The notes under the pieces: model-generated
Database searches by the model: none
The model's input: the letters and a program-made list of their open reading frames with translations, nothing else
What the model was told of the DNA's origin: nothing
Made by a program: the position numbers and the translations under genes
Shown here: piece after piece, positions 8,321-17,465 of the stretch
Layout: each line of letters opens with the position of its first letter
Numbering within the stretch: position 1 is the stretch's first letter
From: Planctomycetota bacterium
Lineage (GTDB): Bacteria > Planctomycetota > Planctomycetia > Pirellulales > Pirellulaceae
Direction: 5' to 3'
NCBI GenBank assembly: GCA_046051705.1
Contig: JBJONT010000049.1
Coordinates: 4,470 to 68,469, forward strand
Length of the DNA: 64,000 nt

Positions 8321-10195
8321 TTATTTTTCCGGAAGTCGAATCGTACCGTTCCAATCGGGCGGAGCGACCCGACCGTTTTGGGCGATATAGACCGTCAAGA
8401 AATCTTTCACTCGGTCTTCAGCGGGGACTTGGTGAAGCAATCGAAACGACTCGTTCCAGTTTCCATCAAGAAAGCCATCTAGAGCTTTTTCGTAGAGTGC
8501 GATGTGTTGGTCGCTCAAGACATTGCCCGGTTCATTCTCCGGCGGAACCAGTTCGCTTACCATCAACGAATTGCTCATGCCGTAGGGTATGACTCTTGCG
8601 ACGCGGCGAACTCGTGCGATCGATCGTGGGACTTCTTTGCGGATTTGTTCCGCGGTGGTCTCATCGATTAGAATTTGAGCATGAAGTTGTTTCGTCATGC
8701 TCTCGAGTCGCGATGCAAGGTTTACAACGGGGCCGAAGACAGTCACCTTTACTTGGTCCACCGTACCGATTCGACCAGCGACGGCCGTACCTGTTGCGAT
8801 TCCTATCCCTGCGCGAAATCCGCTCAGTGGATGGTGTGAGATGGCTGCCGATTCTTCGAACTCTCTGCGGATCGACAACGCTGCTGAAGTGGCTTGTAGG
8901 ACACGATCCGTTTGTTCAAGTGGCCAACCCCAAAAACCCATGGCGGCATCCCCATGAAAATCACCGACGACTCCGTTGCGATCAAGGATGTGGTGGGTCA
9001 TCACCCCGAGTGCATCGCTGACGCGCCGAAGCAGATCGAGGAGTCGTTCACCCGATTCTTCACTCTGCTTAGAAAAGCCTCGCAAGTCACAAAACAGAAC
9101 GGAGACCTTGGTCTCTTTCGGTGTAAGGATTTGGTCGGGGTCGCGGGTCTGCAAGGCTTTGCGAACGATCGGGGCGAAGAACGGACGCAAGGAGTCTTGG
9201 CGGCGTTGCAGCAAACGCGTTTGACGCAATGTCCCGACTGTCGAAGCGGTTAATTCGGCAAACTTGATGTCGTCTTGAAGATCATCGGAGACCATCATCG
9301 TCGCATTGCGAGCTGCACCCGCATTCATACTTGAGAAGTCACCTGCAACGTAAATGGCCCAGCCCTGCGTTGCTTCACTTAAGATCGGAGTGCAAAAAGC
9401 CCAATCGATGTTCTCTGATTTCGTGTATTGCGATGGAGTATGTCGATCGAGACTTCGGCTCCAAACATGCAAGACACTCTCGCTCGATCCGATCGCTTGA
9501 TGGATCAATTGTGCGCTTGGTGAGAATGGCTTTGCCACAAGGCCGCGAGAATCCCAATGAAGGATCCGTATTCCAGCATCGCTGCTCTCGGGCCACTGCC
9601 GTGTCCACGGAGTCATATCAATCGGAGGCAAAGGTGGCTCAGTATCGAACTCCCGATGCCGAGAGACAATCGCGACAAAGGTCGCTTGCGGAATCCCTTG
9701 CATCAGCAAGTTTACGACCCGAACGTAAAGCTCTTCATCTCCCGAGCTTCCTGAAATTATTTCCGGCAAGCGACTCAGGACATCGATTCGCCGATCCGCA
9801 TCCCGATACCGAACCGAGCGCAACTGCGAAGGAGCAAAGGTTTGCTCGGTCATTGCAGGTGGAAGTTCCGACTTCGCAACGACCCGAATCCGCTGGTCGA
9901 CCAAGCTGAAGGTTGTCTGGCCGATCACGAAGTGGTCGCCGACTCCTAGTTCGAACGAATCCTTGCGCAAGCCGCGATGAAAGACAGGGTTTCTCGATTC
10001 GAGCAACCGGGTTACCAGCAGTCGCTCGCCGGTCCACTTTAATTCGGCATGCTGCCGAGAGATCCGATCATCCCACGGGACCGACCAAGGGTGCGAAGTT
10101 CGCCCGAGAATGAAAACCGCAACATCCCCGGGGACCGGTAATGGCCGTCGCCAACGGTCTGCTGCGGAAGGTCCTTGAGCGATCAAGTCTGGCAT
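8321..10195 (-). CDS. FHA-domain class III adenylate/guanylate cyclase with central GAF-like region
   Basis: N-terminal FHA (ILGR...DDRISRQHA, SRNPVF). Cyclase motifs VLFCDLRGFS, GDFHGDAAMGFWG, GIGIATG and TVFGPVVNLASRLE. Confidence 0.88.
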   Translation of the reverse strand: MPDLIAQGPSAADRWRRPLPVPGDVAVFILGRTSHPWSVPWDDRISRQHAELKWTGERLLVTRLLESRNPVFHRGLRKDSFELGVGDHFVIGQTTFSLVDQRIRVVAKSELPPAMTEQTFAPSQLRSVRYRDADRRIDVLSRLPEIISGSSGDEELYVRVVNLLMQGIPQATFVAIVSRHREFDTEPPLPPIDMTPWTRQWPESSDAGIRILHWDSRGLVAKPFSPSAQLIHQAIGSSESVLHVWSRSLDRHTPSQYTKSENIDWAFCTPILSEATQGWAIYVAGDFSSMNAGAARNATMMVSDDLQDDIKFAELTASTVGTLRQTRLLQRRQDSLRPFFAPIVRKALQTRDPDQILTPKETKVSVLFCDLRGFSKQSEESGERLLDLLRRVSDALGVMTHHILDRNGVVGDFHGDAAMGFWGWPLEQTDRVLQATSAALSIRREFEESAAISHHPLSGFRAGIGIATGTAVAGRIGTVDQVKVTVFGPVVNLASRLESMTKQLHAQILIDETTAEQIRKEVPRSIARVRRVARVIPYGMSNSLMVSELVPPENEPGNVLSDQHIALYEKALDGFLDGNWNESFRLLHQVPAEDRVKDFLTVYIAQNGRVAPPDWNGTIRLPEK

Positions 10196-10354
10196 AAAAG
10201 AACTTCGGCTCCATTACGATCACCCTCGGCGGATCGAAAGTCGATCGCCGATACGCTATATTCTACTCCTGAAGCCGCGATGCTGCGAAGACGTCTTTCC
10301 TAGTTTCCCTGCTCCTCCCTCCAAACACTCTCCACGTTCCCACCTGAACTGCTC

Positions 10355-13279
10355 ATGCAAATGGATCGATGCTCCTTGACCCTGATCCTTCGGCTCGCAA
10401 TCTTGCTGCCGTTGCTTTTGCCTCAACGTGTGCGCGGACAAGATAGCGATTTGCAGGAAAGCGATTGGTTCGAATCGCAGATCCGTCCATTGTTGGCGCA
10501 AAAGTGCTGGGGGTGCCACGCGGAGAGCAAGCAATGGGGTGGATTGCGCCTCGACTCTCGGGAATCGATTATCCAAGGTGGAGATTCTGGGCCCGCCTAT
10601 TTGCCCGACTCGTCGGAGGCGAGCGAGATACTCAAGCGAATCCTTTCGGATGATCCGAGTATTCGGATGCCACCTGAAGATGCAAAGGAGTCCCTCACCA
10701 CTCCTGAAGTCGATCGCTTGAAGCAATGGATTACCTCTGGATTGCATTGGCCGAAAACTTCGCTACCCGCCAAACGGTCTATGGCTCAACTTGCCCAAGA
10801 ACACTGGGCGTTTCAGCCTTTGAGAAATCACAGTTCTAAGCTTGCGCCCAGTGAGAACGCTTCACAGAACAATTCTTTGGATACAGATCGCGCTGAGCAT
10901 TGGATCGACACGTTTATCGATGAGTCACTTCGTCATGCGAATTTGACCCCGAATGCTCCAGCGGATCGTCGAACGCAGTTGCGCCGACTGTATCTTGCAC
11001 TCACGGGTCTGTATCCAACGAATGAGGAAGTCGAAAGCTACGTTCGTGACGAACAGCCAGGTGCTTGGGAACGCCGCGTCGATGCGTTGTTATCAGGTTC
11101 TGAGCACGCTGAGAAATGGGCTCGATTGTGGATGGATATCGCACGCTATTCAGATACCAAAGGTTATGTATACGGGCGGGAAGAGCGTACGTTTGTTTTT
11201 TCGCGAGCTTACCGCGATTGGCTGATCGGAGCTTTCGCAACCGACATGCCTTACGACCAGTTCATCCGTTTGCAATTGGCAGCCGATCAGATCGTCGGCG
11301 AAGACTCTCCGGAACTTGCCGCTTTGGGATTCCTTACCCTTGGACGACGATTTCTCGCGATCCAATACGACATTATCGATGATCGGATCGATACGGTCTT
11401 TCGGGGGCTGATGGGGCTGACCGTTCAATGCGCTCGATGCCACGACCATAAATACGATCCGATCTCAGCTAAGGACTATTACAGCTTGTCAGGAGTCTTT
11501 CAAAGTTGCATTGACCAGCGAGTTGAGATACCGAGCCAACTACAGAAACATACACCCGAGTTTCGCCAAGGTTTGGCGGAACGCAAAACCAAGTTGCGAG
11601 AGCTGACAGAGAAGCATCGCCTGGAAGCAAACGACCGGATTCAAAAAAGGTTCGCTGAATATCTGGAAACCCAAATCGAGTTGGAGAAATACCCTGAAGG
11701 TTCGTTTAATCAGCTTTCAACCAAAGAAGATTTAATTCCAGCGCTTGTGCACCGCTGGGAGTGGTTTTTGGCCATCCCTCAAGTCGCACAACATCCCGTC
11801 ATGCGAGTCTGGACAACCCTCGCCGGCGTCTCAGCATCGGACTTCGAATCTCGCGCAGCGGATGTGATCGCGAGTCTTGAAGCTGATTCCATCGGGATTC
11901 ATCCCTTGGTCAAACAAGCTTTGGATCCTTTGCCTAAATCCCATCGCGAACTCGCTCAGCGGTATGCAGAGTTGATTGAGCGGACAGACAAGCGATGGAA
12001 GGAGGAAGTTGAACAACGCACCGCGAGCGAAGGAGCAAAACCTACAACATCGCGCGAGCCGGAAATCGAATCGTTGCGACAATTGCTCCTCGACCGTAAT
12101 TCTGGATTCTACATTCCCGATGAACCGATCGATAGCACGGAATGGTACTGGGATAATGGGACCTGTGTCGAGATTTGGAAAGCCCAAGTCGATATTGATC
12201 AGTGGCTATTGCAAGCTCCGGACCCGGTGCCCGAAGTTGGGATTCTTCGAGATCGCCAGTTGGTCAGCGATGCGCGATTGCTGCGTCGCGGCAACGCTAA
12301 TCTCAAAGGGGAAAGCGTCCCGCGAGGATTCTTGGAATACATCACCGATACGAACAATGGAAATTCATCTACGGGTTTTTCTAACTCTACTGGGTTCACC
12401 AAAGGGAGTGGTCGGTTGGAGCTCGCGGACAGAATTGCGTCAGCCGATAACCCACTTACTGCTAGGGTATGGGTCAATCGGGTCTGGCAACAACTCTTCT
12501 ACGCTGGACTTGTGCAAAGCGCAAGTGACTTTGGGACGCGATCTGATCGCCCCTCTCATCCGGAACTTCTCGATGCCCTTACGATGGAGTTCATCGAGCA
12601 TGGATGGAGTACGCGATGGTTGATTCGGCAAATCGTGACGACGGATGCATTTCGCAGATCCTCCAGTTCGGCAATCGCGCAAGGGGTAGCCCAAGACCCG
12701 GAGAATCGCTTACTCTGGAGAATGAATCGCAGACGACTTACTTGGGAAGAAACACGCGATGCGTTTTTAACCATCAGCGGTGCGATGATTCGACGCGTCG
12801 GCGGCAAGTCTGTCGATCCTTTAGCTGTTGGGGATGATGTCCTTACTCGACGCAGTCTCTACACGACAATCGATCGACAGTATCTGCCTATGACGTTGCA
12901 GAATTTCGATTTTGCGAACCCTGACATGCACAATCCAAAGCGTTCGGAGACGCTCATCCCGCAGCAAGCGTTGTTTCTACTCAATCACCCAATGCCAGCG
13001 AAAGCTGCAAGGTTGCTTGCAGATGATCTTCAACGAAGCATCCCTAACGCTACCGACGAAGTATACGTCGATGGATTGTTTCAACGCGTTTTTCAGCGTT
13101 CGGCTAACGAAGCTGAAAGAAAGATGGCGATTGAATTTCTGCAGGATGCAAAAGCACCCGTATTAGCAACGGATGCATCGAAGGAGGGGAATCTCGCCCC
13201 GCCTGCAAATCTGCTTCCTCCCCTAGCACAGCTCGCTCAGTTGCTGCTCCTTTCCAACGAAACATTTTACGTGGATTAA
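10355..13279 (+). CDS. Planctomycete cytochrome c / PSD1 (DUF1549-DUF1553) protein
   Basis: Signal peptide, IRPLLAQKCWGCH (CxxCH), EHWAFQP, QCARCHDHKYDPI, NPLTARVWVNRVWQ, DFGTRSDRPSHPELLD. Confidence 0.93.
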   Translation: MQMDRCSLTLILRLAILLPLLLPQRVRGQDSDLQESDWFESQIRPLLAQKCWGCHAESKQWGGLRLDSRESIIQGGDSGPAYLPDSSEASEILKRILSDDPSIRMPPEDAKESLTTPEVDRLKQWITSGLHWPKTSLPAKRSMAQLAQEHWAFQPLRNHSSKLAPSENASQNNSLDTDRAEHWIDTFIDESLRHANLTPNAPADRRTQLRRLYLALTGLYPTNEEVESYVRDEQPGAWERRVDALLSGSEHAEKWARLWMDIARYSDTKGYVYGREERTFVFSRAYRDWLIGAFATDMPYDQFIRLQLAADQIVGEDSPELAALGFLTLGRRFLAIQYDIIDDRIDTVFRGLMGLTVQCARCHDHKYDPISAKDYYSLSGVFQSCIDQRVEIPSQLQKHTPEFRQGLAERKTKLRELTEKHRLEANDRIQKRFAEYLETQIELEKYPEGSFNQLSTKEDLIPALVHRWEWFLAIPQVAQHPVMRVWTTLAGVSASDFESRAADVIASLEADSIGIHPLVKQALDPLPKSHRELAQRYAELIERTDKRWKEEVEQRTASEGAKPTTSREPEIESLRQLLLDRNSGFYIPDEPIDSTEWYWDNGTCVEIWKAQVDIDQWLLQAPDPVPEVGILRDRQLVSDARLLRRGNANLKGESVPRGFLEYITDTNNGNSSTGFSNSTGFTKGSGRLELADRIASADNPLTARVWVNRVWQQLFYAGLVQSASDFGTRSDRPSHPELLDALTMEFIEHGWSTRWLIRQIVTTDAFRRSSSSAIAQGVAQDPENRLLWRMNRRRLTWEETRDAFLTISGAMIRRVGGKSVDPLAVGDDVLTRRSLYTTIDRQYLPMTLQNFDFANPDMHNPKRSETLIPQQALFLLNHPMPAKAARLLADDLQRSIPNATDEVYVDGLFQRVFQRSANEAERKMAIEFLQDAKAPVLATDASKEGNLAPPANLLPPLAQLAQLLLLSNETFYVD

Positions 13280-13282
13280 CCA

Positions 13283-14689
13283 ATGGATCCTTCAGCACCT
13301 TTGAGCCGTAGGCGTTTGCTCGAATCCTCTGGGATGGGGCTCGGTATGCTCGGCTTGAGCGACCAATTCGCTCGTCGCGCTTTTGGCGATGAGACAGCTC
13401 AAGGCAGTGATGCAACAGCGAACTCCTTGCGGGCTCGTAAACCACCGTTTGCACCCAAAGCCAAACGGATGATCCACTTCTTTCTTAATGGTGGTCCATC
13501 GCATGTGGATACCTTTGATCCAAAACCAAAGCTGCAAGAGTATGCCGGCAAGCCGCTTCCGATGAGCTATCTAACGGAACGGCGAACCGGAGGTGCATTG
13601 CCTAGTCCATTTAAATTTCAACGCTACGGTCAGAGCGGACTTGAGATAAGCGAACTTTTTGAAAAGACCGCTGCGCATGCCGACAATATCGCTGTGATTC
13701 GCTCGATGGTTGCGCAAGTACCAAACCATGAGCCTTCGCTGATGCTGATGAATTGTGGAGACTCGGTGCAGTCTCGCCCAAGTCTTGGTTCATGGCTGAT
13801 GTATGGGCTGGGAACGGAAAATGAAAACCTCCCGGGTTTTATCGCTATGTGCCCAGGTGGGTATCCGATCAAAGATACCGCGAACTGGCAAAGTGGATTT
13901 CTACCGGGGGCTTATCAAGGTACCTTTATCGATCCGAAGCATGCGGAGTTGGAGAAGCTGATTGAGAATATACGAAGTCAACATTCCACTGCCGGTATGC
14001 AAGCACGTCAGATTAAGATGATGCGTGCTTTAGCTCAGCAGCACGCTGCTACGCAGGAAGACTCACGACTGGAAGCGAGAATTCAGTCTTTCGAACTCGC
14101 ATTTCGAATGCAGACAGAAGCCGCCGATGCGTTCGATATCCAGCAAGAGCCTCAGCATATTCGAGACCTCTATGGCGATACGGTGCATGGTCGGCAGACA
14201 TTGATGGCCCGTCGGTTGCTCGAACGCGGTGTTCGCTACGTCCAGCTTTGGCACGGAGCAGGACAACCCTGGGATCACCACGGGGATATCGAGAAAAACA
14301 TGCGCACCAACTGCGGTGAGATCGATCAACCGATCGCGGCGTTCCTAACCGATCTTAAGCGTCTTGGAATGCTTGATGAGACACTCGTCCTCTGGGGCGG
14401 GGAGTTCGGAAGAACACCGGTATCAGAAGGGGGCTCTGGACGGGACCATAATCACTGGGGATTCAGTGTTTGGTTAGCTGGTGGTGGAATTCGAGGTGGT
14501 ACAACTTATGGTTCAACCGATGAGTTCGGGTTCCGTGCCGAGGAAAATCCCACTAGCGTTCACGACTTACATGCGACCATCTTGCACTTGATGGGATTCG
14601 ATCATGAACGATTGACTTATCGATATGCCGGTCGCGATTTTCGGTTGACGGACGTTCACGGCCGCGTGCTTCGAGACATCCTCGCTTGA
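13283..14689 (+). CDS. DUF1501 domain protein with Tat-like signal
   Basis: LSRRRLL signal, GGPSHVDTFDPKP, WGGEFGRTP, GRDHN and LTDVHGRVL. It sits directly after its usual DUF1553 partner. Confidence 0.95.
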   Translation: MDPSAPLSRRRLLESSGMGLGMLGLSDQFARRAFGDETAQGSDATANSLRARKPPFAPKAKRMIHFFLNGGPSHVDTFDPKPKLQEYAGKPLPMSYLTERRTGGALPSPFKFQRYGQSGLEISELFEKTAAHADNIAVIRSMVAQVPNHEPSLMLMNCGDSVQSRPSLGSWLMYGLGTENENLPGFIAMCPGGYPIKDTANWQSGFLPGAYQGTFIDPKHAELEKLIENIRSQHSTAGMQARQIKMMRALAQQHAATQEDSRLEARIQSFELAFRMQTEAADAFDIQQEPQHIRDLYGDTVHGRQTLMARRLLERGVRYVQLWHGAGQPWDHHGDIEKNMRTNCGEIDQPIAAFLTDLKRLGMLDETLVLWGGEFGRTPVSEGGSGRDHNHWGFSVWLAGGGIRGGTTYGSTDEFGFRAEENPTSVHDLHATILHLMGFDHERLTYRYAGRDFRLTDVHGRVLRDILA

Positions 14690-15108
14690 AGCCCTGCCCA
14701 TGAGTCGATTTCCGATTGCTCAGCGGATGCAACAACAGCCGCATGTTGTTGCTGTTTGATCTCGTGTAGTCTCTCTACTTGTTTGAGCTGCTTCTCTCGA
14801 TCGATTAGGATCTGCCGCTGCTCGGCAAGTTGTTCGGTTAGCAAGTTCACTTCTGCTTGAAGCTTGTCTCGCTGATGAAGCAGTTCGCCGCGATGCTGTT
14901 CGTTCTCCCGCCAGTCCGCCATTTTGATGATGCCCGATTGCATCGCTCGCCTTGCATCGCTCCAAGCGAGGATTGATTCTGCTAGTCGTGCAATTTCTGA
15001 TCGCAAAGTCCCGATCTGCCGCGCTGTACCTTCTACGACGACAATCTGTTGGTCGCGTTGCCAACGGCGGACTTTGATCAGTTGCTCGTGAATATTTCGA
15101 TTGCTCAT
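14656..15108 (-). CDS. fliJ: Flagellar export chaperone FliJ-like protein
   Basis: 150-aa coiled coil directly after fliI. The C-terminal EQSEIDSW fits the FliJ pattern. Confidence 0.7.
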   Translation of the reverse strand: MSNRNIHEQLIKVRRWQRDQQIVVVEGTARQIGTLRSEIARLAESILAWSDARRAMQSGIIKMADWRENEQHRGELLHQRDKLQAEVNLLTEQLAEQRQILIDREKQLKQVERLHEIKQQQHAAVVASAEQSEIDSWAGLQARMSRSTRP

Positions 15109-15138
15109 CTAGTGGTCGACTCGTCGAATCATCTGCTT

Positions 15139-15179
15139 GTGTGACTTATCTACCGGTGTGACTTATCTGCCGGTGTGAC
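15139..15179. repeat. 17-bp tandem repeat over the fliI stop codon
   Basis: GTGTGAC cores at 15139, 15156 and 15173 (unit GTGTGACTTATCT(A/G)CCG). Confidence 0.75.
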
Positions 15180-16578
15180 GGTACTCGTCGGACTCGCGGT
15201 GCAAGAGTTGTTCCAGAAGCAACCAAGCTTCTTCGGGTGGGACGATCTGCGAGCGAAGTTGGATCAAGTACTCATCTATCGCGGGTTTCATCCGTATAGC
15301 TTGGTCGATCTGTCGGTTGCTGCCATGCGGATAAGCGCCGATTTGAATGAGCTCTCGATGCTCTTCATAAATCGCAATCCACTTGCGCAAGTCGCTTGCC
15401 AGCCCATGCTGTTCTGGAGTCGTCAAATGCTCCTGTAGTCGGCTCAAGCTCTGCAGCACATCGATAGCTGGGAAGTGCCCATGATTCGCCAGGGATTTGG
15501 ATAGTGTGATGTGTCCATCAACATAACTGCGAACGGCATCGCTGATTGGTTCGTTATGATCATCACCTTCGACAAGGACCGTATAGATGGCGGTAATCGA
15601 TCCCCGTTGCCCGTTGCCAGATCGTTCAACAAGTTGCGATATCGACGAGAAAACACTAGTCGGGTAACCCCTTGTTGTCGGGGCTTCACCCGCTGCTAAA
15701 CCGATTTCCCGCTGCGCGGTTGCGAATCGGGTTAAGGAATCCATCAGCAATAAGACGGACTTGCCCTGGTCTCTCAATGACTCGGCGATGGCTGTAGCTG
15801 TCTTCGCTGCAAGGATCCGTTTTGCTGCGGTTTGATCGCTTGTCGCAACTACAGTTGTCGATTTCTTGCGACCTTGTTCTCCTAGATCGTTTTCCAAGAA
15901 CTCTCGAACTTCTCTTCCTCGCTCTCCAATCAAACCGATCACGACATGGTCGGCTTGTGTACCCCTGGCTAACATCCCTAATAGGGTGCTTTTTCCAACA
16001 CCTGCTGCGGCGAAGACGCCAAGTCGCTGACCTTGGCCGATCGTCAACATCGTGTCGATGCATCGGACTCCGGTTTTAAGTGGCGTTCGGATTGGAACGC
16101 GTGACATCGGCGAAAGGGCGGGTGCATCACATGGTACCCGACAACCCGTTGCGCGAACTTGATGACCTTCGAGTGGATTACCCGTCGCATCTAAAACTTG
16201 ACCTTCAAGCGGCTCTGCAATACGTACCGTTCGCGAAGACTGCTTTAAGGAAACATGATCTCCCGCTCGTACTCCCTCTAATGGATCGAGCGGTGCGATA
16301 ATTGTTTGTTGATGTTCAAATCCGATCACTTCCCCTTCCAGCGGCTCAAGCCCCTGGCGGTGGATCTCGGTAATCGCGCCGATGGGAAGCGGAAGTCCTT
16401 GGGCTGTGATCACACCGCCATGCAATGAGCAGACCCGACCTGTTACCCGAAATGGCAACAACCGTTGCAATGGTTGATTCCATTGAGAGCTTTGAGGTAG
16501 TTTCGGAAACCTTTTGCCGATTCGTTTTGCAACCGTACCGGCTGTATCACTTGCTGCATTGGTCGGATGGAATTCCAT
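15163..16578 (-). CDS. fliI: Flagellar export ATPase FliI (FliI/YscN family)
   Basis: GQGQRLGVFAAAGVGKST (Walker A), IGERGREVREF, LLLMDSLTRFA (Walker B) and GHFPAIDVLQSLSR. Confidence 0.93.
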   Translation of the reverse strand: MEFHPTNAASDTAGTVAKRIGKRFPKLPQSSQWNQPLQRLLPFRVTGRVCSLHGGVITAQGLPLPIGAITEIHRQGLEPLEGEVIGFEHQQTIIAPLDPLEGVRAGDHVSLKQSSRTVRIAEPLEGQVLDATGNPLEGHQVRATGCRVPCDAPALSPMSRVPIRTPLKTGVRCIDTMLTIGQGQRLGVFAAAGVGKSTLLGMLARGTQADHVVIGLIGERGREVREFLENDLGEQGRKKSTTVVATSDQTAAKRILAAKTATAIAESLRDQGKSVLLLMDSLTRFATAQREIGLAAGEAPTTRGYPTSVFSSISQLVERSGNGQRGSITAIYTVLVEGDDHNEPISDAVRSYVDGHITLSKSLANHGHFPAIDVLQSLSRLQEHLTTPEQHGLASDLRKWIAIYEEHRELIQIGAYPHGSNRQIDQAIRMKPAIDEYLIQLRSQIVPPEEAWLLLEQLLHRESDEYRHTGR

Positions 16579-17438
16579 TATGCTAGTTCCTGTTGCAATC
16601 GCTCCAACTGAGTCTTCAGGGAACGATCCAGCGTGGTCTCTGGGGTTTCAAGCACAACGGATCCCGAGGAAAACGAAGCGTCCTCGATCACCTGGAATTC
16701 AACACCGGGAGAGAGTCGCTCAATCAGTTCGGATAAAGCACCTGACAATTGCATCGCGTCGTGAGAGCTAAGCTTGATGACCATTCTTCGCTGCCCCTGA
16801 ACCAACTTAACCATGTCCTCAATCCATGTAAGGAGGATGGTCGGATCGCTCTCAATTTGACGCACTAGCAGCTTTTCGGCGATCTTGATCGCAAGCGAGA
16901 CGGTTTCATGTTGCCAGTTCCGCAACCACTCTTCGGTGGCTTGCTCAAGCCCTTCGCACAAAGTGTCGACACGACTTAATACCTGCGTGATTCGCTCCTC
17001 GGCGATTTGTTCGGCTTGTTGTCTTGCAAGCTGATCGATGATCGCTTGCCCTTCCTCGATTGCTTGCTGCTTGGTCGTCTCCCTGATCGCTTCGCATTCC
17101 TGTTGGCACTGCTCGAGGATCGCTCGGGCTTGTTGCCGAACGCCATCGAGAATCGCATGGGGTGCTGCATTAGTCAGTGCACCCGAATTGTTCATTGCAG
17201 TTGCATTACTGATCGCAGGGCTGGCTTGTGTAGTCGTTGTAGCTGTAGCTGTAGATGTGGCTGTGGTTGTGGTTGTGGTTGTGGTAGTGTTGCCGTTGAT
17301 GTCGTGAGGGCTAGAAGCAGGCCCAAACGCAGTAGCGCCAGTCGGAGTCGCGCCAGTGGTGGCGGGAATGGTGGGCGCCGAAGGGGCGGATCCGCTCAAG
17401 CGTGATAGAAGCGATTTGGGTTTTAGGATGGATGCCAT
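16578..17438 (-). CDS. fliH: FliH/SctL family protein with Thr-rich N-terminal linker
   Basis: AxxxGxxxA-type helix (AIEEGQAI), SLAIKIAEKLL and GSVVLETPETTLDRSLKTQLERL. It has a TAATG overlap with fliI. Confidence 0.82.
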   Translation of the reverse strand: MASILKPKSLLSRLSGSAPSAPTIPATTGATPTGATAFGPASSPHDINGNTTTTTTTTTATSTATATTTTQASPAISNATAMNNSGALTNAAPHAILDGVRQQARAILEQCQQECEAIRETTKQQAIEEGQAIIDQLARQQAEQIAEERITQVLSRVDTLCEGLEQATEEWLRNWQHETVSLAIKIAEKLLVRQIESDPTILLTWIEDMVKLVQGQRRMVIKLSSHDAMQLSGALSELIERLSPGVEFQVIEDASFSSGSVVLETPETTLDRSLKTQLERLQQELA

Positions 17439-17465
17439 TTCGCTTAGGAACCTTACGAGGAATGA

